A stretch of DNA of 64,000 bases from Klebsormidium nitens (lineage: Eukaryota > Plantae > Klebsormidiophyceae), in the NCBI GenBank assembly GCA_000708835.1, contig DF237326.1, forward strand, positions 27,119 to 91,118, read 5' to 3'. The notes below the pieces were generated by a model. That model worked only from the letters and a program-made list of their open reading frames with translations. It was not told where the DNA came from and ran no database searches. Shown piece after piece: positions 1 to 12,231 of this stretch (position 1 is its first letter; each line of letters begins with the position of its first letter). The translations under genes and the position numbers were made by a program.

Positions 1-53
1 ATCCACAAGAAATCCACGTCGCGACGAGGCGCGAGCGGTTCCCACACCCGTAC

Positions 54-2697
54 CTGGTTGGAGGGGTTGTTGCGCAGCAGATTGTTGAGCAGCTCGAGGC
101 AGTCCTGCACGATGATGCCGCCGTCGGAGCTGCCCTCGTCCGTCACGATGTGGAACAGCCGCTCGAACGCGCCCTCAAACACCACGATCTTCTGGATCTC
201 CTCCGCGGAGCGCGTCAGGAAGATGAGCAGCAGCAGCGCCTCGTTGCGGATGACCTCGCGCTCGCCCAGCATGTCCATCAACCGCGCCACGCCCATCGGG
301 GCGCCAAGAATCGCCTCCTGCAGCCTACACCAGAGAAGGAGCGGCGGAGGTCAGATCAGGCTGAGGCTCGTGTCTTCCATTGGACGGGTGGGACGGAGGG
401 GTCCGGGAAAGAGGTGGGAGTGAGGAGTTGCTGAGTGCCGGGGGGCGAAAACTGCGGGTGAAGGCTGGGGCATGTCGGAACCGAAGGAATCAGTTGGAAG
501 AGGAAGAGGGTAAGAACACCGTCGATTTGATTAAGAACAGGCCTCAAGCACTCGTAGAAGTGGCAGATATAAAGGGCTTCCAAAAAGCGCAGCCGAAGTG
601 AGGCCGGTGACAAGAAGGTTCAAGGTCAAACGGTCGTTACAAGTCGAACTCGACTGAAGGGAAAAGACCCAGTTTGGGCACGGATGGGAGCAGTATGACG
701 GAGGGCCGGACAGAGAGGGTTCAGAGACCAGACGAGATACTGGAATGACATCAACTCGTTGCAAGACATTTGGACGACAATCAGGCCAAGTGCGACTACA
801 GAAGCGTCTTCCAAAAGGTTTTCAACAGATCTCCAAGGTGAAGCCTTGAAAAAAGCAGAATCAGAAAGTAAGATTCGAATAGCCCACAGGCTTGCGGGCA
901 CCCTGAACGTGACGGACCCAGTCTCCAACATGGTCACAGGGCGAATATCTCGAATAGGACCAGTAAGTATTACAGAGAAGATAAAGCAGTACGATGTCAC
1001 AGACTCTCAAGATTCGAGCACAAGCGGTGGTGGCTGAGTCACCGCATGGGGCGCGCCCTGACCTGCCGGGGCTGTTTTGCAGGAGCACTGTGAGCAGCTG
1101 CACGGTGTGGTAGCGCACGTAGAAGTCGTCCTCCTGCAGCAGGCTCAGCAGCAGCTGCACGCTGCCCGCCTCGCGCGCAAACAGCTCCGCGTTGATGCGC
1201 CCGGGGGCCGCCTTGCCCCCCTGCGGCGGCGTCAACACGACCAGAGCGTTGATGAGCGCCTCCAGCGCGCCGCGCACCATCTCCACGTCCTCGCGCTCCT
1301 CACCCAGGACCGCAGTCAGGACGGGCAGGCCTGGGGGCAAAAGCACCAGCGGAGAGATTGGCACGAGGGCTATCCCCATATCTTCATGACCAACGGGGCT
1401 GGCCCAGTGATACGGCCGGCTTCACTTCATTGGGTGAAGCTACTCCCTAACATGGACCCTTCAACGTCGTTGCCCACATGGTGGACTGGCAGTAACATGA
1501 ACCTGCCCTAGAAGAGCCAGCTCACACAAGACTGTACCAAAACCTGCTAGAACCTGGTCCCAACTCACAAAGTCATGCTCTTATTCAACACCTTAAGTTG
1601 ACCGGAGATCGCCAATGGGCACCATGTCGGGTGTCGATGCAGGTGAGGTTGAGCTCCATACACAAGTATGCTGCTGTCTCTCTCTCCCAAATCTATTTTG
1701 GCGACAGAAGTAAGCTGTAGGAATACAAACTTTCACTTTAAAACCTGGACTATGCAGACTCCCTTTGCGGTTGTCTTCAAGCAATGGGCAACCAATCTCC
1801 ACACCCCAGAGGGGGCTACTTAATTCTAAAGCTGAAACCCTGATGCTTCATGTGAAGAGAAGACTGCGGTGGCTTTCTGCCATGCTCTTCTTTCGAACCG
1901 GAAACCTCCGCCGGAAACCTCACCCATCGCTCCGAAGGCCATCTGGGCGGTCGGGTTCTCCGCCACAGCGTCTCGCAGCTCCCCCATCGCAGCACGGCGG
2001 TCCTCAGCAAGCCGGCCATTGCTGATGCGCTCCAAGAGCTGCTCAACACCGCTGCACAAGGACAAGCCTCCTAAATCAATTATCAGTGAGGCAAAGTAAA
2101 ATGGGGCCCAAAGGTGGGGCAACAACCAGCAATCACCAATTGTATCCCAAGGGAAACCCTTAAGCTCCTGAGCACTGCTACTCAACTTGAGAGCCCTCTC
2201 AGGAGGCCTCTAGATGTTCAGTAAGGTCTTCCACACAAAGTGCTTTTAAAATGCTGATGCATTGTTAAAAGCTCCTTTCCCTGGGCGGAGAATTTCATCC
2301 TGCAACAGCTTTTGAATTCAGAGATTGCCCCTTTGACAGAAATATCTCAAGCCCTTGGTCTTAGAAACACCAGCTCTCCATTGAAAGAAGAGTTACGGCG
2401 ACCTGCTGGAACTCCAGATGACTGAAGAGCAACCTCAGCAAGCATTTAGATGACGAGTTGAACTGTAGACCCATCCCCGATAGGGGCCTGTGGAGACTAC
2501 AATGCAGTAACTTAGATGGATTCCCATGGTCATGCTTGACCGAAGTGAAAGGGACAATTGCTGTGGCCAGCTGCATTTGTTGAGCTAGTATGAGCGCACC
2601 CGTCATCATCTGACTGTTCCCCGTTGCCAAAAACGAGACCCCCAACTCCTTGGGCGACAGACTGCAGATTCAATGGCCCTAACTTTAAATACGACAT
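54..2697 (-). CDS. USO1: Vesicle-tethering protein USO1/p115 (plant golgin candidate 6); 5' part only, gene runs off the left edge
   Basis: Phase-consistent GT-AG exons 2697-2600, 2051-1924, 1330-1063, 324-54. They read MSYLKLGPLNLQSVAQGVGGLVFGNGEQSDDDGGVEQLLERISNGRLAEDRRAAMGELRDAVAENPTAQMAFGAMGLPVL...EDVEMVRGALEAL...LLQEDDFYVRYHTVQLLTVLL...RLQEAILGAPMGVARLMDMLGEREVIRNEALLLLIFLTRSAEEIQKIVVFEGAFERLF...VQDCLELLNNLLRNNPSNQ. This is the recognisable Uso1/p115 armadillo head. Confidence 0.95.
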
Positions 2698-4099
2698 CTT
2701 GTTGACAATCAAAGCAAGGACGTTTTGAGGACGAACGCCATCGTTGAAGAAGCTGGGTAGCAATGAAGTAAATTACTCCGGCCAGACACTGCAATTTGCG
2801 GATTGTAAACACTGTATATTGGCCCAGCTGCTAAGAACTAGGTTGACGATAAATTGCTTGGGCAAAATTGTTGCTTACAAAGATTCAGTGCGTGAGCGAA
2901 TCAGCGGCGGGGATGGTACTTGGTCACGATTCACACGTGTTTACTTCAGCCAATCAATCTTCTGTACAGACGATTCTGATGCTTCTAGCCATTCCCTAAA
3001 GACTGAAGTCAACCATCATGTCTGGCACGCAAAGGGCTTATGTGTTCTTCCTTATGGATCCACACATAATTGAATGTATAGTCGCAAGACAAGGAGCTGG
3101 AGCAAGCTACGTAAGTAGGCAGGCTGGCACGCCAATGATATGAATAATACACGTCATCCATTGCATATTGGGTTCGCTCTTTCACTACGACGCGGACGGT
3201 ACATGCATCTATTCCGAGCTAGCTCTCGTAAACATACGAAGGTCCACTATTGCATCACGGTGGGCCTGGCATTTGGTCGAATGTATTTGAAGCACTGCCG
3301 CCATGCCGTGTTGCCTCTGCAGTGTCCAAATATCAATGCGCGCCTATGCATTGCAATATACCGGATCAAGTTCAATGGCTGACTCGGGATTTTGATCGGA
3401 ACACGTATTGCAACAAGTGGCCCGCTGTACAGACATGCCGCGCGTCCAACACGGCGGCCGCGCCGTGTTTGATTTGAATGTACAGAAGCTTCGTATTATA
3501 GCCCGCACTGCAGGGAGCTAGCTCAGGTCTTCTTGATTTTCAAAAGAGAGACCAGCATGCATGATTTCCCCAACTCAATTCCAATCGATTTCTGCGTGTG
3601 TGTGTCTATTGATCACAATTGGCAGCAATTGTGACTAGTCTCACGCGCTGAATAGAACTCTCTGTCCGATTGCAGGATCACATCGTTACAATTTGTCCGA
3701 GTCACTCTAGGTTTCACGGACCGGATCAGATTTCCCACACTTTCAGTTCGACATGTTTCTTGATTTCCCGTTGGTTTAAGTCTTGTGATGGCGTTCCTCA
3801 ATACTTCTCATTGTGGCAAAAACAGGCTCTACAGATCGCAGCTGCAGTTGTAGGCAATTCCTTACCGTACTCTTTTGTCACGAACTAAAGACAGCTCTCT
3901 TCCATCTATGCCTTTGGCAAAGCATATCATGTGTTTCAATCTACAATCTTGGTACAGGATGCTAAAGTACAGTATACTTGCAATACTCAAAGCTTTATCA
4001 GTACAACGTCGTCGGCCATGATACACCTCGTTCACAGATCACCTAAAAGCGTTTCACATTCTCCACACCACACCTCAAAGCGTTACACTTCCGAACTCG

Positions 4100-7000
4100 C
4101 TAGCTGGTCTCAACGCTTGCTGGCACTCCCTCTGGTCCCAGTGTGACGACGGCTACTCCACTCGGATCACCCCCCTGCTCTTCGAAGATGACCAGCAAAT
4201 TATCGGTGGGCTGCAACCACTCTCTGGGGACGTGGTACCTGTGCACCCCGGGCAAAAAAAGCGTCAGCGTTACATCCAACAAGCTAGCACACAGAAATGC
4301 GTGAACGGGGACAAGCTCAGGGGAGGAAAGCAGGGCTTGCTCGTAGACCGCTTCCCTTGATAGGCCGCAAGGAAGACTTTCGAGATGACGGACTCAAGCC
4401 AAATCAGCCCCGAGCTTGCAAAGGGGAAGGCTACACTGCTCGAAGAACGGATGTCGTAAGCGGGCCGCGAGGGCTGTCTGCGCGGCTCACCATCTTTGGA
4501 TGGGCTGGCCGCAGCCGGTGTAGCACTTGTCCGTGCGGAACGGTCCTCGGTAGTCGCATGGCGGGCACTGGCCGGGCGCGGCAATCTGCGACGGCCAGTG
4601 GCGACCGATGCCGTGGCCATTGACCCACACCAGGCCCTTGCCCAGCGACTGCAGGTCCAGAGCGACCGGGGAGGTGCCCGGGGGGGAGGCGAAGGACGTC
4701 TGCAGCAATGGCGGCATTCATGTGTCAAATCGCTAATTTACTGCACTGAAAGGCCGAAATTTTAGGGCCTAATGTGTGGTCTTCTTCAGAGCATGATGCT
4801 GATCTCAAAGGCAAAAATAAACGATATCAAGTTCGGCCAAGTTCTCCTTTCTAGAGGTTCTCTCCTGTACACACCGCTTTGCTCAGTTGGCAGCGTGTGG
4901 CTCGGGCGATCTCTTGATTCTGGTCCGCATTCAGAAGCTACAACTGGCGCTCATGCATCCTCAAAGAGTCATTTCCGAACCACACCCTGCTCCGCTCCCG
5001 ACGACATAGTCGGATGCCTTTGAATCATGCCCGGTGACACCGGGCGAAGCTGCCGGGGGCCGTGCCGAGCGGGTGGTGCGTGCCCACCTTGTACCAGGTG
5101 AAGGGGCTGCCGACGCTCCTGCCCAGGCCAGCGGACCAGGTCACGTTGCGCTGACCCTCGGGGGAGAACACACCGCGGAGCTCGCCCTCCAAGGCCGTCT
5201 GCAACGCACGAGCGATAAGTTCTCGACGGAAGCAAGGGCAATTGGACAGAACTCGACTTCGTCTGAAGCTAAAACCCACATTCATCCTACATGTCAGCAT
5301 GCTGAGCGGCGTGGCATCGCTCCCTGTTTCACCCTCCTGATTGGCTTCAAAGGTGACTTGACTTTTCTGGTGCGGCACCGGCGCCGGCGCACCTCATGCG
5401 TCCAGTTGCCGTGGGTGAGATTGGCCGCCAGGTCGATCTCGTTGCGCAGCAGCAGCACGTGCCCCGTGATGCCCGCACCCATCTGCTCGAACCGCGGGGA
5501 GAAGTTCTGCAGCCAGGAAAAGTGAGTCAAGGTTTTGATAGATTGCTTGTCATCCAGGCACCGAGACCATTTGTTTCAGGAGGCACCTTTACTGCCACCG
5601 CGTGGCTCTGTTTAAAACGTCTTTTCTGAAGGCCTTGGACGATGAGAGACGGGTTGTCGTATGATTTAGGCAGCATCTCAACTTCAATACCGCGCTGTCG
5701 TCTCAAGGCGTGCACCCAGTCCTCCCAACGACCGAGTTGCCAGCCTCGTATCCCCTGCAGCGCTCACCTGCAGGCCCACCGTCTCGACCAGGACCGCCAG
5801 CTCGTTCTCCGTTCCGTCCTCTCGAGGCGACACGGGAGCAGTCAGGTTCAAGCCGCCCATGACGTGACCTGCAGGATGGACAGCGGGCACGGTGAGGCTC
5901 GGAGCGTTGCCGGAGAGATCGCTTCAATCAAGCATACAAGAACTGTTCCTCAAGCAAAATCTAACTTGATGGGCTCGAAATTGGCTCACTACCCTGGTGT
6001 GCGGATCGCTAGTACGCTAGCGCAGGCGGAAGCCCCATGAGTGCAAGTTTCAATGAAAAGGCTGAAAGCACCTCACCGATGTAGTCGCCGTTCAGGAAGA
6101 AGTGCACCAAATCGCGTGCGGCTGTCAGCATGATGCTGTACGTGGCGTTGTTTGAGTCCGGAAGGCTGGTGGAGTTCAGGGTAAAGCTGCAGCATAACAC
6201 ATGGGTTAGAACACCCGACGAGCCGTGGGGTTTGCTTTGAGCCGGAGCATCCCGCAATGAAACTCTATGTTCCGCGAGGTTCTTGTAAAGAAATTGGCAG
6301 CTGGAAGAAGGCTGGTACGCTCTTAGGCCCAGTAGATTGATGACGCATGGCAGGTCCGATGCCGGCTTGGGACATCTGTTCGGAACACCTAGAAGACCCG
6401 ACGTCAGCAAGCAGTGATTGGCGCGACTACCGACGTGTGTTGACGGGCTGCCCCGCGTACCTGCGCCTGTACCAGAGGTAGTCGCTCGTGTCCCGCGTGG
6501 TGGCGATCTGTTCCAGGGGGACGCGCGCCGTGACGGCATGCTCACGCGGGGACAGCGGCTCGGCCCAGTGACTCCACTCCAACGTGCCTGCACGGAAGAG
6601 GGGAAAGAGCTCCACCTCTGCTGCTGGATCGTGCAACAGCTACTTCAAGTTGGGTATTTAGAGCACAGAAAATTAAGCGAACGGGTCTTGGTGCATAAGC
6701 AAGTGGGCCTTTTCCAGGCCTCATGGTTCTGCAGCCACGACATGTGATGAGGACTTGCATGTCTGTCAGCATCGTACTGAATGTCTAAACGTTGTGCCGC
6801 GTCTTTTGAAACCATACCTCAAACAATCCGCTAACAATATTAATCCGATACGCCGAGGGCACCATGCTTAGTGCTTACCGGATTGAACGTGCTCAACGAT
6901 GCGACGGTCGCCTGTGACCTTTGACGTGGCCGTTGATGCCGCTTCAGTCGTTGATTCCACAATTGGCATGATCGCCTTAGGACGAGCCTCCATCTGAGAG

Positions 7001-10000
7001 TAGAAAGAAAGCCTCAGGATACATCTCTGCGAAGTTGGCCTGGCCTGAAAACAAGTACGGAGACCTGATGAAAATGCATCAGCACAAGAAATGAATCTCT
7101 GTTTCACTCCTTCACTTCCTCCTATCATGTTGTTTCAAATAAAACACGCCGAACCGAGCTCGGTTGTTCGTTCCAAGCCGTCAGCGCCGAGCCCCGGCCT
7201 ATGCTGCAAGATACCTAACAATCATCACAACATTGGGTGCGAGTCCAAAGGCGAAGCATGGCTGCCGTTGCGCGTGGCGGCGTCACCTGGGCGGTGTTGA
7301 AGCGCACAGTGGTGCAGTCGGGCAGGACGGAGACGGACCAGGGCGGCAGCACGTACGGCCGGCCGCGGAACGTGGCCAGGAACGGCAGCGACTCGTCCCA
7401 GTTGGACAGGAACGCCGCGCACGGGCCACTGCCGTTGCTGGCGCCGAGGGAGGTAAACAGGTGAGCCTGAAAGAAAATTGCCATTCACTCGAACGTTTTA
7501 AAAAGCGCACAATGTCTGACTTACAGGCTGAATGAAAAGAGCGGACAAAGTTGACAGAGATGAGATGTGTGGACAGAATTTCGAAATGAACGATAGTTGA
7601 GAGATGCGGAACGCCGACTTACGTTTCTTTCGTAGCGCGAGCCAGGGAATGTGAAGCCTCCTAGCTAAGCGCTTGAGAAAGTGTCTCGAGAACATCGCTT
7701 ATGATTCAAGGGTGCATCGGACGAGATGCCGCGGGCGGGCAGTCACCTCTTGCTTGGGTCCCAGCTGCTGTACGAGCGGCTCGTCCACTGCGAGTAGGGC
7801 ACCCTCGCAAGCGCGGATGGCCGAGTGCAGCGCCGCCAGGTGGCTGTACTTGGGCTCGCGGATGAGGCCTGAATCAAAGGGGAAGTCTGAATTGGTATAC
7901 CCCTTTCATGATTCTTTGTGTTTAGACCCGAGTCGAGGGTCAAAACAATGCATGATATCCTAGCCAAAGTCAATTTCAGGACTCGACGATCACAAGGTGA
8001 AAAAGTGGTACAAGCAGTTGAAACAGTCAGGCTGTCACAAAACGAGGGACACTCTTTCTTTCGAGAAGTCTCCCCCAGCTAAAATTGACAACGGACAGCG
8101 GCGGTCTCTTGGCCACCTCTTCTCAAGCAGATGCGCAAGGCATACTCGAGATGCCGAGACATGCTCACCATATTCGTCGAGGGGCGCATCGTAGTCGTAC
8201 GATGTCGTAAGGAAAGGCCCGCCTGTTGTGCGCCCGAAGCTCGTGCCTCCGTGGTACTGCAGCAAAGCAGGCACAAGGAGGCGTCAAAGGAGGCGTCTAG
8301 AACCCATTGAATGCACCAGCTCAGAACCAAATTGAATTCTGGGTTCGCAGAGCCTGCTTGTCGCGACTTTTGAACGGACCATCGGGGCAGGCTGTCTCCT
8401 CGGACTCATTGCACCAGCTTTACGAGGTAATACAGCAGACCGGGCGGCTGGATTCTGCTGGGCCGCACCATGTAGTAGCTCATGAGCGCTCCCCCCTTTG
8501 CGTAAAAGCGGGCGACGGCAAACGCGATGTCCTCCGCAGCGCGCCTCGGCATTGGGTACAACCAGCCGCCAAACCTGTGCCAGGTGAAAAAGCTGTCAGC
8601 GGCGAATTCAGCCGCTTCGGCTTGATTCTGAGAGCACGGGACGCTCAGCAGCCGTCGAAGCTGCTGCTCTACGAGACCCACAGGCAGAGCGGAAAGACGC
8701 TTGGAAAAGCAGGGCTGTCGGCGATGCACACCCCAGGTGACAGCGTCCGACTCACGTGCACAGTCAACGCAAGAGTACAATCCACCGGGACGACAGCATC
8801 ACATGCACCCCCAATGCTGCGCATTGGTTCAGGAGCGGATGGTGCTTACCAGCCGTCCCAGTTTTCAGTCCACATCTTGGGCATGGGCCACCGGTGGGGT
8901 TGGAAGTTATCGCAGTAGAAGCCATTGCACGTGTTGACCTGGGGCGAAAGAGGAGCGGAGTGAGCCTCGGCAGAGCCGACAGATTTTCCTAGTTAGCGGA
9001 CGAGGCAGGGCCGAAGGAAGCCCGTGCTCCCGAGAGTTTCAATAACCGTTTCTTCACTTACTGAGGCTGCTTTAGAGTTCTCCAGTGTCAAAATCTGAAC
9101 GACGGCTAACTTCACAGCTTCTAACTTTACTCTGGTGCACAATTCCAATGTCACCATTCCAGAGTCTTGCACAGAATGCTCATTGCAACAAGATCAGACT
9201 CTCGAGAACGGTTTCGGGGACCTACAATGAAGCCCGGGGCGTCTGGTTGCTGGCACATGATCCAGGGCACCCCTGCGTCCAGGGACTTGGCCATGTCGGC
9301 AGCCCAGTAGGCATAACGCTTCCCAGCTTCGCCATACGCGGCTTGGACGCTGCCGTACTCGTTCTCGATCTGCGAGAGGTCGAAGATGCTTCGTACTTCA
9401 GTATGAAAGATTCACAGCAAAATATGGGCACACGAATGTCCAATGTATGTTGCAAAAGCGAGATTGTTCTTGGTTCATTCTGGATAAATTCTTGGTGGGC
9501 TCTCCAACAACATGATTCCTTGGTTGCTACCATTTATGTAGCTTCTCGGTGGGCTCTCCAACAACATGATTCCTGGGTTGCTACTTTTTATACAAACATA
9601 AGAATCTGCCCTTAGCACTCGCCACAAGCGTGATGCTTGCCAGGATCCTTGCGCTTTTATGGTGTATCCGTTCATGTGTTACATCCCAGCCCCTCCACGC
9701 CAAACACAATCCATAGAGAATGTTACATGACTTCTCGACGAAGGTGAGAAATCGCTTCGATGCAGCAGCTTGGGTGATGCCCTTCTAAGAGAAGAGTGCT
9801 CATGGCAGATGCTCACCTGCGCCAGGATGATGGGGCCGCCCTGCCAGCTGAACAGCTGGTGCTCCTTCATCATGGCGACAATCTTGCGGGTGAAAACCTC
9901 CATCTTCGCCTGCAGTGCACAAGCTTCGACTGTTGCAATACGCGATCCACGGCACAGAAAGGATTCGTTTTCCCACTCTTGAACTGACAAAAGTTTTATT

Positions 10001-11721
10001 CGGAGAGCATCAACATAAGGAAGGAATGTGGGCCATATGCAACAGAAACGGGCAGAAGCGCGCACAGTCAACTCAGCCAACCTAGTTCTGTAGTCTGTGA
10101 AGCATCACCTTGAATGGTTCATTGTCAGTGCGGAATTCAATGCCAGGCACCTCCAGCAGCCACTGAGGAAAGCCTCTGCAATACCAATGTGTTGTTAGCA
10201 GACAAACAAAGTTATGCCCAGCTTACATCACTGGAAATAAGTAAGAGCCAGTAAAAGCGGAACAGGCCTCGGCTTCCGTTGCTGGTCTAAACCAGGGATA
10301 TTTCACAACAAGCAATGAAGTGGCCCATGCTCCGAGGGACACCTCTTGCTAAGCAAATGGCTTTGCTGTCAGCTAGATGTCTCACCCAAGGTTCCACTCT
10401 GCGCAAACATATGGACCAATGCGCAGGATGAGGTAAAGACCTGCACTCTGGACGTCTTTCACAAATCGCACCAGGTCGAAGCGACCCTCAAAATTGAACT
10501 GTACACAGCAAGCAAAAACAAGCATCAGGCCTGCAACGACCTTTGGCTGCCGTCCTGATCCTGAAGTGCTTGTCGTGTTGTGCCCTGCGGTGAATAGTTG
10601 GTGATGGAACAATTCACGGCCATGCAAGGTCGTAAAACTCTTTTGCAACAACACAGGAGATTCCTTAGTTGCCACTTAAAACCAAGCTGAATATGGAGAC
10701 TGATTCATCAGGAGAGGTATGAGCAGTCGAGTGAACTTATTAAGGCAAAGTTCTGAGGACCACTGTCTCATACTTACTTGGCCTTCTTGAGGTTCGTGCC
10801 CGTTCCAAAACACATAAGTCTGGATTGCATTCAACCCGCCAGCCTTCGACTTCTGCAGTAGATCAGGCCACATCTGCAGAAGGCCAAGATGGATAAAAGA
10901 CGCTTCTGTTAGACTATGAGCAGAGCAGGCACAGGCACAGTAGTAATGCTCATGCACATTGTATTCAACAATCTTTCTGCACAAGCAAAGAGATTTTTGG
11001 TCATCAGCTTGCGACTACACACTCCTGATTTATATTTTGTACCACGTGTAGGCAGGTAAATATACCAATCTACATATTGCCAGTGCTTGCAATCATGTTG
11101 CCAAGCGAGATTGACGATGTCCCAACTTCCAAAGCTACTACAGGAAGGCAATTAACGCTCCAAAGTCCCTTCAGCATCATGATGACCATCAAGAGCACTT
11201 TCAAGATATCGTATCGCTCACTCAACATGGGGATGCAATATGAATAAGCTGTTAAGAAATTTGCTGGAGCCTGAAAGCGCATTCAATGCCCCGGTCAGCC
11301 AATCAGGCCTGTAAAGCACCTGGAAGCCAGTACCCAGCCTTCAACATCTGCTTCACTGCAGAACCAACTCCTTGTAGTAGTCCACCAGACATTTTTGCCT
11401 GACCACCACCACCATCAATCAACAATTGTATCCTGGTAGACACATAAGGAAAGTGGTGCATTCCCTGTGCACTTGTCAATGAATGCGTGCACCACCTCAG
11501 CAGATGCTCCTAGGAGTGGTGGAGCTGCTCACCGCTGGCGTGCTCCGCGGGTAGTGCACGATTCCTGCTACCACCAGCTGGCGCTCCCCATTGAAGAGGA
11601 GGGAACGGTGGTCGAAGCTCACATTGACCGCCTGACCTCCTTGCGCGCTGGCAGCAATTGCCATATGCAGAATGAGGGTGAATAAGAGCAGCGCGCACCG
11701 GGACATTGTTGGAAGCTCCAT
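4100..11721 (-). CDS. BGAL: Secreted plant-type beta-galactosidase (glycoside hydrolase family 35), 19 exons, no C-terminal lectin domain
   Basis: Exons: 11721-11533, 10873-10778, 10498-10386, 10175-10109, 9909-9817, 9369-9226, 8938-8850, 8574-8469, 8256-8169, 7868-7747, 7466-7287, 6993-6879, 6587-6461, 6186-6077, 5868-5768, 5506-5393, 5198-5088, 4699-4491, 4238-4100. All are GT-AG and in phase. Features: signal peptide, [57 protein letters not shown] (acid/base Glu), MWTENWDGW (nucleophile Glu), [37 protein letters not shown]. The start could alternatively be the Met at 11706. Confidence 0.96.
9494..9584. repeat. Local tandem duplication in BGAL intron 5 (37-bp unit, two copies, 54-bp period)
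   Basis: ggtgggctctccaacaacatgattcc(t/g)ggttgctac-type unit at 9494-9530 and 9548-9584, with one mismatch. Confidence 0.9.
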
Positions 11722-12231
11722 GGCGCAACCAGAGCAGTGCAAAGGTACTCTTCTGAAGCTTCTGACGTTCCTTTGCTGACAGATGGAAGCGCAGCTCAGG
11801 ACGCTGTTCTGGTCGCGAAGTAGCTGATCGTAGCACTGGCAGGGAAGTAGGTAAGCCAGCCGCTTTTAACACTGCTGGTCTGCTTCCAATATCCGTTGTG
11901 TCACCGTCACTGACTCAGTGTCAGTGTGAGATATCGAGTTCGACGGTGCCCACGAGGGATTCCTCACGAGGGCCGACTGAGGACGTGGTGTTGCCAGGCG
12001 CTGCATACGGTAGCCTGCGTGGGGGGGGATTGGTCGTCCAGATTAACAGGCCACCATCAGGGCAGCACTACTATTCACCTCTGTGCAGGACAGCGCTGTC
12101 TGCTTGCTCAATCACCTGATTGAGATGGGTGTGCGGAGTTGGTGAAATGGTCAGGACCAGCGGTTACTTCTCTTTGTAGAGCACCGACCTGTTCATACTA
12201 CGGTACGAGCTTAAAAGCTCTAGTTAGCACA
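11722..12231. promoter_or_regulatory. Short head-to-head (probably bidirectional) promoter interval between BGAL and ABC1K3
   Basis: About 510 bp lies between the two divergent start codons. Inferred from gene geometry only; no motif identified. Confidence 0.5.

Noticed and set aside
6905-6920. Possible non-canonical GC donor or early GT donor in BGAL exon 12
   Set aside because: The frame stays open to a canonical G|GTAAGC donor at 6879/6878 that gives the required phase.
9494-9584. 37-bp direct repeats with a short spacer, superficially CRISPR-like
   Set aside because: Only two copies, inside a spliceosomal intron of a eukaryotic gene, with no cas genes. It is a simple tandem duplication.
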